From Bacteroidia bacterium (GTDB taxonomy: Bacteria; Bacteroidota; Bacteroidia; AKYH767-A; OLB10): 59,225 nt of DNA. Below are positions 25,707-34,761 of this stretch, piece after piece. The position numbers and the translations under genes are program-made. How positions within the stretch are numbered: position 1 is the first letter of the stretch; the number at the start of each line of letters is the position of its first letter. The stretch is taken from the NCBI GenBank assembly GCA_017995075.1, contig JAGOJO010000002.1:30319-89543 (forward strand), in the 5' to 3' direction. The notes under the pieces were generated by a model that made no database searches, had not been told where the DNA came from, and saw only the letters and a program-made list of their open reading frames with translations.

Positions 25707-28700
25707 ATGCAGCAGTATCCTGAATACAAATCGCTTAACCTGCCCAATATCGCTGAGTCGGTATTGAATCGCTGGCAGGAGCAACGCATCTTTGAACGCT
25801 CCATCGAGGAACGTGAAGGATGTCCGTCGTTTACATTTTATGAAGGTCCCCCATCCGCAAATGGTCTTCCGGGAATTCACCACGTGATGTCGCGTTCGAT
25901 TAAAGACATCTTCTGTCGCTATAAAACACAGAAGGGATTTCAGGTGAAACGGAAAGGAGGTTGGGATACGCATGGTCTCCCGATTGAGATCAGCGTAGAG
26001 AAGACGCTGGGTATTACGAAGGAGGATATTGGTGATAAAATTTCGATTGAAGACTATAACAAAGCTTGTCGCCATGAGGTGATGAAGTACAAGTCGGTGT
26101 GGGACGATCTGACCCGTAAAATGGGTTATTGGGTCGATCTCGAGCATCCGTATATCACTTTTGAAAATTCTTACATCGAGACCTGCTGGTACCTGCTGAA
26201 AGAATTACATAAGAAAAATCTGCTCTACAAAGGCTATACAATTCAACCGTTTTCACCTGCTGCCGGTACCGGATTGAGTTCGCATGAACTGAATCAGCCC
26301 GGAACCTATAAGCTGGTGAAGGATACTACTATCGTCGCACAGTTCAAGGCGGTGAGGAATGCTAAAAGTGAAGCACTCTTCAGCGCGACTGATGCGCCTG
26401 TGTTTTTCCTCGCCTGGACAACCACTCCATGGACACTCCCTTCCAATGCTGCTCTGGCAGTAGGAGAGAAGATTACGTATGTGCTTGTGCGTACATTCAA
26501 CCCGTATACGTTTGAACCGGTGAGTGTGGTAGTAGCGAAAGATCTCCTCGGCAAACACTTCAATGCGAAGAATGCGGAACTGACGATCGAAGAATATCAG
26601 TCAGGAAATAAAAATATTCCATTCCGCGTCGAGAAAGAATTTTCCGGTGCCTCCCTGCAGGATATCTCCTACGAGCAGTTATTGCCATTTGTGCAGCCGG
26701 AAGAAGGTGCTTTCCGTGTGATCACCGGTGATTTTGTGAGCACAGAAGATGGTACCGGTATTGTACATATCGCTCCAACCTTCGGTGCCGATGACTTTCG
26801 TGTGGCGAAACAGCATGGTGTACCTGCTATCCTCGTAAAAGATGAAAGCGGTAAGCCGATGCCGTTAGTTGATCGTCGTGGGCGTTTTGTGAAAGAAGCC
26901 GGAGAGTTTGCGCTGGAGTATGTGAAGGAAGAATATCTCAATGAAACAGAAAAAGAAGCTGCGCGTCAGCAACAAGGTCGGGATAAATACCTGAACGTCG
27001 ACGAACGGATTGCTATTCGTCTGAAACAGGAAAACCGCGCATTTAAAGTAGAAAAGTACGAGCATAGTTATCCGCATTGCTGGCGTACCGATAAACCGAT
27101 CCTGTATTATCCACTCGATTCCTGGTTTATCCGTACTACCGCTTGCAAGGATCGGATGATTGAACTGAATAAAACCATCAACTGGAAACCGGAGAGTACC
27201 GGTACCGGTCGTTTCGGTAACTGGCTGGAGAATCTGGTTGACTGGAACCTGAGTCGTTCCCGTTATTGGGGTATTCCGCTGCCGATCTGGCGCAGTGAAG
27301 ATGGAGAAGAGAAATGCATCGGTTCTGTGGAAGAACTCAACGCTGAACTGAAAAAATCCGCTGCTGCCGGTTTAATGGATGCATCGAAAATGGAGCATCT
27401 TGATCCGGCAAAAGGAGATTTCGATTTGCATCGTCCTTATGTGGATCATGCAGTGCTGGTATCTTCTACCGGAAAACCGATGTACCGCGAAACAGATCTT
27501 ATCGATGTATGGTTTGACTCCGGTGCGATGCCGTATGCACAATGGAATTATCCGTTTTCAAAACCTTCGCTGGAGAATGTTTATCCGGCAGATTTTATCG
27601 CTGAAGGTGTGGATCAGACACGCGGTTGGTTCTTTACGCTGCATGCTATCGCTGTAATGCTGTTTGATTCAGTCGCGTTTAAGAACGTCGTGTCGAATGG
27701 TTTGGTGCTCGACAAAAACGGCAATAAAATGTCGAAACGTTTGGGTAACGCCGTGGATCCGTTCAGTACACTCGAAACGTATGGTCCGGATGCTACACGT
27801 TGGTACATGATCTCCAATGCACAACCTTGGGATAACCTTAAATTTAATCTGGAAGGAATCGGAGAAGTACAACGTAAGTTCTTCGGTACACTTTACAATA
27901 CCTATAACTTCTTTGCGTTGTATGCCAATATTGATGGATTCCGGTATGAAGATGCTGAGATTCCGGTGGCACAACGTACAGAACTCGATCGTTGGATTCT
28001 CTCTCTGCTGAATTCCCTGGTGAAGGAGGTGGACGCAAATTATGCCGATTACGAACCAACCAAGGCTACTCGCCTGATTCAGGATTTCGTGACGGAGCAT
28101 CTCAGTAACTGGTATGTACGTCTGAGTCGTCGCCGGTTCTGGAAAGGAGAGTATACCGAAGATAAAAAAGCGGCATACCAAACGCTCTATACTTGCCTGG
28201 ATACCATCGCACGACTGATGGCTCCTGTTTCTCCCTTCTTCGCGGATCAGCTATTCTCTGATCTGAATGAAGTGAGTCATAAGGATGATCATGCATCGGT
28301 GCACCTGGCTTCCTTCCCTGTGGCTGATGAGAAAATCATCGATAAAGTACTCGAAGAACGAATGCAACTGGCGCAGGATATCAGCAGTATGGCGTTGAGT
28401 CTGCGCAAAAAAGTAAATATTAAAGTTCGACAGCCGTTGCAGAAAATTTTACTGCCGGTGATTAACCCGCACTTCCGTACACAAGTGCAGGCGGTAGCCG
28501 ATCTTATCCTTGCTGAAGTAAATATCGAATCAATCGAATTCCTCGATGATGCGTCCAATATACTTGTCAAGAAACTGAAGCCGAATTTCAAGGCGTTGGG
28601 TCCGAAGGTAGGTGGATTGATGAAGCAACTAACGGTGCGCGTATCCGAAATTACACAGGAAGAAATTGCTGTGCTGGAGCAGACAGGAATATTGTCGCTA

Positions 28701-29096
28701 CGGCTTGGTGAGGTAAGTTTCGACCTGCAGTTGGAGGATGTGGAGATACTAAGTGAGGATATCCCCGGCTGGCAGGTAGCCAATCAGGGACGCCTGACAG
28801 TAGCCCTGGATATCACGATTACCGACGATTTGAAGGATAAAGGACTGGCCCGGGAACTGGTCAACAGAATTCAGAACATACGGAAAGACAAGGGTTTCGA
28901 GATTACAGACCGGATTTCTGTCCGAATCAAGGGTCCTGAAAGCATCCATCGCTCCGTGAAGAACAATTTCGACTATATTCGCACCGAAATTTTAGCCACC
29001 GAACTGGAGTTGGTGGACCATCTGGAGGGCAGTGATGTCCAGCCGTTGGAAGTAGACGAAGAGCTCCAGGTGTTAACATCAGTAAATAAATACTAA
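25707..29096 (+). CDS. ileS: Isoleucine--tRNA ligase
   Basis: 1129 aa with the HIGH motif (PSANGLPGIHH), the KMSKS motif (NKMSKRLGN) and a CP1 editing domain. The long Bacteroidota/eukaryote-like form. Confidence 0.97.
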   Translation: MQQYPEYKSLNLPNIAESVLNRWQEQRIFERSIEEREGCPSFTFYEGPPSANGLPGIHHVMSRSIKDIFCRYKTQKGFQVKRKGGWDTHGLPIEISVEKTLGITKEDIGDKISIEDYNKACRHEVMKYKSVWDDLTRKMGYWVDLEHPYITFENSYIETCWYLLKELHKKNLLYKGYTIQPFSPAAGTGLSSHELNQPGTYKLVKDTTIVAQFKAVRNAKSEALFSATDAPVFFLAWTTTPWTLPSNAALAVGEKITYVLVRTFNPYTFEPVSVVVAKDLLGKHFNAKNAELTIEEYQSGNKNIPFRVEKEFSGASLQDISYEQLLPFVQPEEGAFRVITGDFVSTEDGTGIVHIAPTFGADDFRVAKQHGVPAILVKDESGKPMPLVDRRGRFVKEAGEFALEYVKEEYLNETEKEAARQQQGRDKYLNVDERIAIRLKQENRAFKVEKYEHSYPHCWRTDKPILYYPLDSWFIRTTACKDRMIELNKTINWKPESTGTGRFGNWLENLVDWNLSRSRYWGIPLPIWRSEDGEEKCIGSVEELNAELKKSAAAGLMDASKMEHLDPAKGDFDLHRPYVDHAVLVSSTGKPMYRETDLIDVWFDSGAMPYAQWNYPFSKPSLENVYPADFIAEGVDQTRGWFFTLHAIAVMLFDSVAFKNVVSNGLVLDKNGNKMSKRLGNAVDPFSTLETYGPDATRWYMISNAQPWDNLKFNLEGIGEVQRKFFGTLYNTYNFFALYANIDGFRYEDAEIPVAQRTELDRWILSLLNSLVKEVDANYADYEPTKATRLIQDFVTEHLSNWYVRLSRRRFWKGEYTEDKKAAYQTLYTCLDTIARLMAPVSPFFADQLFSDLNEVSHKDDHASVHLASFPVADEKIIDKVLEERMQLAQDISSMALSLRKKVNIKVRQPLQKILLPVINPHFRTQVQAVADLILAEVNIESIEFLDDASNILVKKLKPNFKALGPKVGGLMKQLTVRVSEITQEEIAVLEQTGILSLRLGEVSFDLQLEDVEILSEDIPGWQVANQGRLTVALDITITDDLKDKGLARELVNRIQNIRKDKGFEITDRISVRIKGPESIHRSVKNNFDYIRTEILATELELVDHLEGSDVQPLEVDEELQVLTSVNKY

Positions 29097-29097
29097 A

Positions 29098-29976
29098 ATG
29101 GCCACTAAAAAACCAATTTCAAAGACCAAGAAGGCCGCGGCTAAAAAGCCTGCATCTAAGGCTCCAGCCAAAAAAACTGTTAAAAAGGCAGCTGCCCCTA
29201 AGAAATCTGCTGCTAAAGCTCCGGCAAAGAAGGTGGCTCCTAAAAAAGCGGCTCCTAAAAAACCTGTGGCTAAAAAAGAAGTAAAGAAAGCAGCTCCTAA
29301 AAAAGCAGCTTCTGCTCCAAAAAAGGCAGCAACTAAACCGGTAGCTAAAACCGCCGTGAAAAAGGCAGTAGCTAAACCGGCTCCGAAAGCAGCTCCTGCT
29401 CCAAAGGCAAAAAAACCTGCTCCGGCTCCCAAAGCAACGAAACCAGCTCCGGCTCCAAAGGTGGCACCTGTTAAAGCAGTAGCACCGAAACCGACGCCAG
29501 TTTCTAAGTCAGCTCCGGCAGTGAAAATACCTGTAGTACCAAGTGTGACGAACGAGAATAAAATGACAGAGAAAAAAGAGGAAGTAAAAAAAGTAGTGAC
29601 CAATTTGCGTTATAGTGATGCGGATCTGGCTGAATTCAAAACCCTGATTCAGGGTAAGCTGGTGGATGCCCGCGAAGAGTTGATTAACCTGCAGGCTCAG
29701 ATTCTGAATGCTAATGAGAATGGTACCGATGATACTGGTGCCTCTTTCAAAATGCTGGAAGATGGTTCTGAAACGCTGGCAAAAGAAGAGGCCGCTAACC
29801 TGGCAGCTCGTCAGAAGAAGTTTATCGAGCAGCTCGAGGCAGCATTACTTCGTATTGAAAACAAAACGTATGGAATCTGCCGTGTTACCGGTCAGTTGAT
29901 TCCTAAAGAGCGCTTACGTGCTGTTCCCGGAACAACGCAGAGTATGGAAGCCAAGCTGAAGCAATACAAAGATTAA
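29098..29976 (+). CDS. DksA/TraR-family protein with a ~150-aa histone-H1-like Lys/Ala/Pro-rich N-terminal extension
   Basis: The N-terminal 150 aa are about 80% K/A/P repeats (KKAAPKK, PAPKA). The C-terminus has a coiled coil plus YGICRVTGQLIPKERLRAVPGTTQS (a DksA finger with one Cys retained). The start is 1 nt after the ileS stop. Confidence 0.8.
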   Translation: MATKKPISKTKKAAAKKPASKAPAKKTVKKAAAPKKSAAKAPAKKVAPKKAAPKKPVAKKEVKKAAPKKAASAPKKAATKPVAKTAVKKAVAKPAPKAAPAPKAKKPAPAPKATKPAPAPKVAPVKAVAPKPTPVSKSAPAVKIPVVPSVTNENKMTEKKEEVKKVVTNLRYSDADLAEFKTLIQGKLVDAREELINLQAQILNANENGTDDTGASFKMLEDGSETLAKEEAANLAARQKKFIEQLEAALLRIENKTYGICRVTGQLIPKERLRAVPGTTQSMEAKLKQYKD

Positions 29977-30020
29977 TTTCATTCCCGGTGTGTGGACCTT
30001 CCACCAATGCCGGAATATAG

Positions 30021-30060
30021 AACGAAGCTTGCGGTGGATTGCTGCAGGCTTCGTTTATTA
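30021..30060 (+). terminator. Possible weak terminator hairpin
   Basis: AACGAAGC...GCTTCGTT stem followed by TATTA. The T-tract is poor. Confidence 0.3.
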
Positions 30061-30094
30061 AAGAACGGATCATTTCCGGATTAAACTGAATCGC

Positions 30095-30769
30095 TTGAAA
30101 CGTCCACTCCTTATCATCTTTACTATTCTGTTGCTTGATCAGCTGATTAAAATCTGGATCAAGACGAATATGTATCTCGGTCAAGAGTATGAAATCACCA
30201 AATGGTGTATCATCCACTTTACAGAGAATAATGGCATGGCCTTCGGGCTTGAGTTCGGTGGAGATTTCGGAAAGTTATTCCTGAGTCTGTTTCGAATCGT
30301 TTTTGTTGGAGCCATGTTCTGGTTCCTGTATAAACTGGTGAAAGAAAAAGCATCAACTTTATTTGTTACGGTAGTGTCGCTGGTGATTGCTGGTGCCGTC
30401 GGAAATATTATAGATTCCGTTTTTTATGGCGTCATCTTTTCATCGAGCGAATTCGGGACGATTGCAGAGATGTTTCCGCCGGAAGGTGGTTATTCTACTT
30501 TGTTGCATGGAAAGGTGGTGGATATGTTTTATTTCCCCTTGCTGAGCGGACAATTTCCCGATTGGTTTCCGATTTGGGGCGGAGAGTCGTTCATGTTCTT
30601 TCGTCCGGTATTTAATCTGGCAGATGCCTCTATAAGTATTGGGGTGATTTTATGGATTCTCTTCCAAAAGAAAATTTATCCGGAGGAAAAACCGAATACC
30701 GAACACAAAGTCGCTTCTGTTACGCCGGAGTCTTCCGTTGAGAAGCCGTCTTCAGAAGAGTCTGAATAA
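30095..30769 (+). CDS. lspA: Lipoprotein signal peptidase (signal peptidase II)
   Basis: TTG start. LLLDQLIKIWI, NNGMAFG, GAVGNIIDSVFYG and FNLADASISIG motifs, plus a C-terminal Ser/Glu-rich tail. Confidence 0.85.
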   Translation: MKRPLLIIFTILLLDQLIKIWIKTNMYLGQEYEITKWCIIHFTENNGMAFGLEFGGDFGKLFLSLFRIVFVGAMFWFLYKLVKEKASTLFVTVVSLVIAGAVGNIIDSVFYGVIFSSSEFGTIAEMFPPEGGYSTLLHGKVVDMFYFPLLSGQFPDWFPIWGGESFMFFRPVFNLADASISIGVILWILFQKKIYPEEKPNTEHKVASVTPESSVEKPSSEESE

Positions 30770-30782
30770 AAGTTTGCTGTTA

Positions 30783-32567
30783 TTAATGTACTTCGACGGC
30801 GCTTAATTCGTGTTTGTAGTTTTCCATTTCCTGCGTGAATCGTAGCCGTTCTTCTTCAGTGTTGAAGTTGATGTTACGGGATATCGTCAGGTAGTAATTG
30901 ATACCACTCAGGAGATTATCGCGGAAGTTGTCGAGGTATTTCTGCTCTTTCGGGAGGATAACTAAGGAGGCACATTTCTTTTCCAGATAGTCGACGTAGA
31001 GCTTCAATTCGTTGATGAATAAATGAGGGCGTGGTTTATCAATGAGTTGCTTTCGTCCGTAGATATGATCTACCATATCCTGTAGGCTTGAAACTTTGTC
31101 GAAGAAATATAAATTAGGGCCGGGACAAATACTGACATGGTGGAGATTGTGTGGAACAGGGACTTCGTTCTTCATGAATACAGATGCTGAAAGTCCTTCG
31201 CATAAACATTCTTTTTCTGTGATCAATGCCGCTTGTTGCTCATATTCGGCAGATGAAAGATTTGTAGATTGTAGTTCCTTTAGTTTTTTGAATTGATATT
31301 CTCTGGACGAAACACAGATCGGAACAGTAGTAAACTCTTTGTTGGAGGAGAGGAATTTTTTGTAGCAGGGACTGCCCGGACGATTTTCTTCGATACGACG
31401 GTTTAAATTCTCTTCTGAGGAGGTGTGACGGAAGTTGTTAAACGGAACACCAAGTGGTGATTTGTCGCTGAGGTAATAATCTTCAGCAGTGGCGTTGCAT
31501 AGTTTTTCCATCGTGTCCTTGTCTACGTTGGTAGCTTCAGGCACTAGCAGGAACGGACTTCCCCATCCTGTTGTGTCGAGATTATAATATTCACGTAGAA
31601 ATACATCTTCTGCTGCAGTGCCTAACCCGCCCTGTGCAGTATATCGAATGCTGAACTGAAAATTGTCAGTCGTTAGTTGTAAATTATTCCATGCGTTAAC
31701 ACACGTGGTTTTCAGTTCTTCTTCCAGTTGCTTACGATGCTGTTTGAAATCTTCCAGTATTGGTCCCATCAATAACCCTTCTGTCGGGAATGCGTGTCCA
31801 CCACAATTTAATCCCGATTCAATTCGAAATTCAGAAACCCATATTCCTTTTTTCGCCAATTGCATTCCTTGGATACGTGCCGATCGGAAATCACTTACTT
31901 TAAGAACTATTTCTTTTTGAATACATCCGCTTTCATCTGGAAAGAAATCAGGGAACTCAGGAATATACTGAAAGAGTCGAGGGTTGTATCCTGCTGAAAT
32001 TACTAATGCTGACTGAAGTTTGCTTGTTGCATATCCCCGTAATGCCGATAATGCATTCGAAAATATCTCCGGCATTTCTTCTCCGTTTTCAGTGTAGGCC
32101 GGCTTATCAGCTTTCGCCATTATATTCACATCTATTGTGCCGGTGTAATGTGACTTTTTCAACTCGGCTTCTAATGAGGTTTGTTCCTGCTCCGTTAGTG
32201 ATTGAAAGTCGCCATATTTTTTTACTAATGGGTGTGTGGAAGGCAACAGTGAATAATATTTTGTTAAAGCGGAGCCGGAAGTCATTGAACTGTCCAGCAA
32301 ACTATTAACACGTGTTGTAACAATGGAGTGCAGGAGATTCAGATAGTCTGTAATTCGTTTAGCACGAAAGTCATCTTCAATAACAGGAATTGGAAAGTAA
32401 GTGCGTCCGTCAGTTGGATAGTGAATAACCCGCATCTGCTCTATCAATTCGTCGTCCATAATAGAAACAACTGAATTAATTCCCATGGGTGCAACCTTGA
32501 TGGGTGTGTCAATGGTAAAAGCTAATCCCATCACGGGAATGTGGAATGTATGCGGCTTTGATGACAT
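30783..32567 (-). CDS. Conserved-looking hypothetical protein, 594 aa (possible divergent FMN TIM-barrel oxidoreductase)
   Basis: Long uninterrupted ORF. The motifs IPVMGLAFT, DVNIM, ESGLNCGGH, AQGGLGT and GWGSPFLLVPEA occur in the same order as the nitronate monooxygenase/FabK signature motifs (recalled, not aligned). Confidence 0.7.
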   Translation of the reverse strand: MSSKPHTFHIPVMGLAFTIDTPIKVAPMGINSVVSIMDDELIEQMRVIHYPTDGRTYFPIPVIEDDFRAKRITDYLNLLHSIVTTRVNSLLDSSMTSGSALTKYYSLLPSTHPLVKKYGDFQSLTEQEQTSLEAELKKSHYTGTIDVNIMAKADKPAYTENGEEMPEIFSNALSALRGYATSKLQSALVISAGYNPRLFQYIPEFPDFFPDESGCIQKEIVLKVSDFRSARIQGMQLAKKGIWVSEFRIESGLNCGGHAFPTEGLLMGPILEDFKQHRKQLEEELKTTCVNAWNNLQLTTDNFQFSIRYTAQGGLGTAAEDVFLREYYNLDTTGWGSPFLLVPEATNVDKDTMEKLCNATAEDYYLSDKSPLGVPFNNFRHTSSEENLNRRIEENRPGSPCYKKFLSSNKEFTTVPICVSSREYQFKKLKELQSTNLSSAEYEQQAALITEKECLCEGLSASVFMKNEVPVPHNLHHVSICPGPNLYFFDKVSSLQDMVDHIYGRKQLIDKPRPHLFINELKLYVDYLEKKCASLVILPKEQKYLDNFRDNLLSGINYYLTISRNINFNTEEERLRFTQEMENYKHELSAVEVH

Positions 32568-32643
32568 GGTTTCGGAGCGGACGTTTGTTATTTGTACAAA
32601 TGAATGGAATGGACGAAGGTACGATCATTGAAAATCTCAAAAT

Positions 32644-32657
32644 ATGATGGTTGTCAA
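32644..32657. promoter_or_regulatory. Candidate FNR/CRP-family box ATGATGGTTGTCAA
   Basis: TGA-N6-TCA core. It is similar to the 33521-33534 site and lies 77-90 nt upstream of the 594-aa gene start. Confidence 0.4.
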
Positions 32658-32742
32658 TTGTAAATTACTAAGAAATTATTGTTTTGTGAATATATAAAAG
32701 ATGTAATGTGAAATGGGTTGTGCGAGGTCGAAATGTTTTCGT

Positions 32743-33441
32743 TTATTGCAAGATGTTATTCAAGACTTCTGGTTTTATTATTCGAATTCTTTTTCCTTTT
32801 AATCCGATAACTCCATCAGACTTTAAATCTGCTAGCGTACGAATAAGTGTTTCTATGGCAGTCCCACATAGTGAAGAAAGGTCACCTCTGCTTAATTGAA
32901 TGTTTATTGTTTGATCAACTGGCTCAACTCCAAACTTGGTAAGTAGATTTAGTAAAACAGCTGCAATTCTTTCTTTCACATTTTTGTTTAGAAAATGTGT
33001 TTCGTTTTTTTCATAACGCTGTATTTCACTGTTCATGAATTGAAGTATCTGAAGTGAGAGCCCATTGCTCTTTCTAAACAATCGTTGAAAGAGTTCTTTA
33101 TTTATAAAGCAAACTTCTGTCTTTTCCAATGCTATTGCAGTAGTATCGTGCTGATTTCTGAATAAGGCAGAGCGATACCCTATAATTTCCCCGGCTTTGG
33201 CCAAACGCACAATTTGAGTTCTTTTTTTTGTCGGGATCTCTAATTTTACTTTTCCAACTTCTATTATATAAATGCCAACTGAGTTGTATCCGGTTTTAAA
33301 AATTTCTTCTCCTTTGGTATAAATTTTACGGATTTTGGATTCCTCTATCTGTTGTAAATCTTCGGAGTAAATATCGCAAAATACCGATGAGTATCTCAAT
33401 TTGCAATTGAAACAGTCTTTGTAATTTCCCGTGTAATTCAT
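32743..33441 (-). CDS. Crp/Fnr-family transcriptional regulator with FNR-like Cys cluster
   Basis: Cys10-x2-Cys13-x8-Cys22 plus Cys110 in the context TEVCFINKE, which parallels E. coli FNR SMVCEIPFE (Cys122). It has a cNMP-binding-like beta-roll and a C-terminal HTH with E--IR where FNR has E--SR. Confidence 0.85.
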   Translation of the reverse strand: MNYTGNYKDCFNCKLRYSSVFCDIYSEDLQQIEESKIRKIYTKGEEIFKTGYNSVGIYIIEVGKVKLEIPTKKRTQIVRLAKAGEIIGYRSALFRNQHDTTAIALEKTEVCFINKELFQRLFRKSNGLSLQILQFMNSEIQRYEKNETHFLNKNVKERIAAVLLNLLTKFGVEPVDQTINIQLSRGDLSSLCGTAIETLIRTLADLKSDGVIGLKGKRIRIIKPEVLNNILQ

Positions 33442-33485
33442 GTTTTAGTGAGTATTTCGTTGAATATTTGGGAATGTAGCGGTTA

Positions 33486-33493
33486 CAAAGATA
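33486..33493 (-). promoter_or_regulatory. Bacteroidetes -7 box TATCTTTG for the fnr-like gene
   Basis: Exact TAnnTTTG match on the minus strand, 44 nt upstream of ATG 33441. Confidence 0.4.
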
Positions 33494-33520
33494 CTTTAAT
33501 TTTATCTGCGTTTTAGAAAT

Positions 33521-33534
33521 ATGATATCTGTCAT
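33521..33534. promoter_or_regulatory. Candidate FNR/CRP-family box ATGATATCTGTCAT
   Basis: ATGA-N6-TCAT palindrome. It is centred about 36 nt upstream of the G of a near-consensus -7 box (AATCTTTG, 33557-33564), which puts it near -41/-42 of the haemoglobin-operon promoter. Confidence 0.45.
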
Positions 33535-33597
33535 TTTTTGTGGAAATCCGAATTCTAATCTTTGCGTGCTGACAGAATAATAGAAAAAAGACGATAA

Positions 33598-33981
33598 ATG
33601 GTAAAAGGTGATATCGCAGACTTTGATGAAGTTAAACAGATGGTTGATCGGTTTTATTTTTGCGCGATGAAAGATGACTTGTTGGGGCCTGTGTTTTCAC
33701 AACATTTATCGGTTGGGATGCCGCAACATCTTGAAAAGATGTATAGTTTTTGGCATTCATTGTTGTTTGGTTCAAAAAGTTATAGTGGTCGGCCTTTTCC
33801 ACCACATATTCAACTTCCAATAGAGAAGAAGCATTTCAAAAGGTGGCTAAAGCTTTTTGAAATTGTAGTAGATGAAAGTTTTGTTGGGCCAAAGGCTGAA
33901 GAGGCGAAGAGTCGTGCAAAAGCTATAGCAACAGTATTTGAAGTAAAATTGGAGGGCATTAAAAATAAACATGCTTTTTGA
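33598..33981 (+). CDS. Group III truncated haemoglobin
   Basis: 127 aa. The pattern VDRFYF...DDLLGPVF...FWHSLLFG...YSGRPFPPH...HFKRWLKLF is typical of trHb group III (Campylobacter Ctb-like). Confidence 0.8.
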   Translation: MVKGDIADFDEVKQMVDRFYFCAMKDDLLGPVFSQHLSVGMPQHLEKMYSFWHSLLFGSKSYSGRPFPPHIQLPIEKKHFKRWLKLFEIVVDESFVGPKAEEAKSRAKAIATVFEVKLEGIKNKHAF

Positions 33982-34016
33982 ATTAACGAACGAATTAAAT
34001 CTTAAAAGTAAGTCAT

Positions 34017-34733
34017 ATGAAAACAATAAATGCAGACGATCTTATAGGTGAAATTGTGGCAATAGATTATCGAAAGGCGGCTGTCTTTACGTCGTATGGA
34101 ATCGATTTTTGTTGTCATGGAAATAGGAGTGTGCAAGAGGCATGTGACTCCGCAGGTATATATATAACTGAAGTTTTGACAGAACTAAATAAAGCATTAC
34201 CAATTAGTGAGTCTACAGTTAATATTGAAACTATGCCTATAGGTCAAATTATTGAATATATTAGGAATGTTCATCACAAATATGTAAGACAACAGGTTCC
34301 TGTAATCAAGGAAATGCTATCAAAAGTTGTAAAAGTACATGGACACAATCACCCTGAATTAATTGAAGTTTACGAATTGTTTGATTCTGGAGTTGATGAT
34401 TTACTAATTCATTTGGGAAAGGAGGAACAAATTTTATTTCCCATGATCCTTCGCTTAAGTGAAGTTTCTTTAGATGGTGGAGATATAAGTGAAGTTCCCT
34501 TCAGTCTTGAAGTGCCTATGCATGTTATGAAGAATGAGCATGCCATTGAGGGCGATCGGTATAAACGAATTTCCGATTTGACGTGTAAGTATAATGCTCC
34601 TCAGGAAGCCTGTACAACGTATAAAACCGTTTTTCAGCTTTTGAAGGAGTTTGAAGAGGATTTACATAAACATATTCATCTTGAAAATAATGTTCTGTTT
34701 CCAGCTGCTAGCTTGCTTGAAGAGTCGTTGTAA
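34017..34733 (+). CDS. ric: Iron-sulfur cluster repair di-iron protein (RIC/YtfE/ScdA family)
   Basis: N-terminal ScdA_N motif (YGIDFCCHGNRSV) and a C-terminal hemerythrin-like His/Glu motifs (HHKYV, HIHLENNVLFP). Confidence 0.85.
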   Translation: MKTINADDLIGEIVAIDYRKAAVFTSYGIDFCCHGNRSVQEACDSAGIYITEVLTELNKALPISESTVNIETMPIGQIIEYIRNVHHKYVRQQVPVIKEMLSKVVKVHGHNHPELIEVYELFDSGVDDLLIHLGKEEQILFPMILRLSEVSLDGGDISEVPFSLEVPMHVMKNEHAIEGDRYKRISDLTCKYNAPQEACTTYKTVFQLLKEFEEDLHKHIHLENNVLFPAASLLEESL

Positions 34734-34761
34734 ATAAGTATTGTTGTAAGAATTCTGTTTG

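Noticed and set aside
29079-29603. 174-aa minus-strand ORF (Gly/Ala/Phe-rich)
   Set aside because: It is a mirror-image artefact of the K/A/P-coding low-complexity region of the dksA-like gene. The plus-strand frame continues into a recognisable DksA domain.
32628-32640. TTGAAAATCTCAA as an FNR box
   Set aside because: The half-sites are separated by N5 rather than the N6 (TTGA-N6-TCAA) required for FNR/CRP-type dimers. The neighbouring ATGATGGTTGTCAA fits better.
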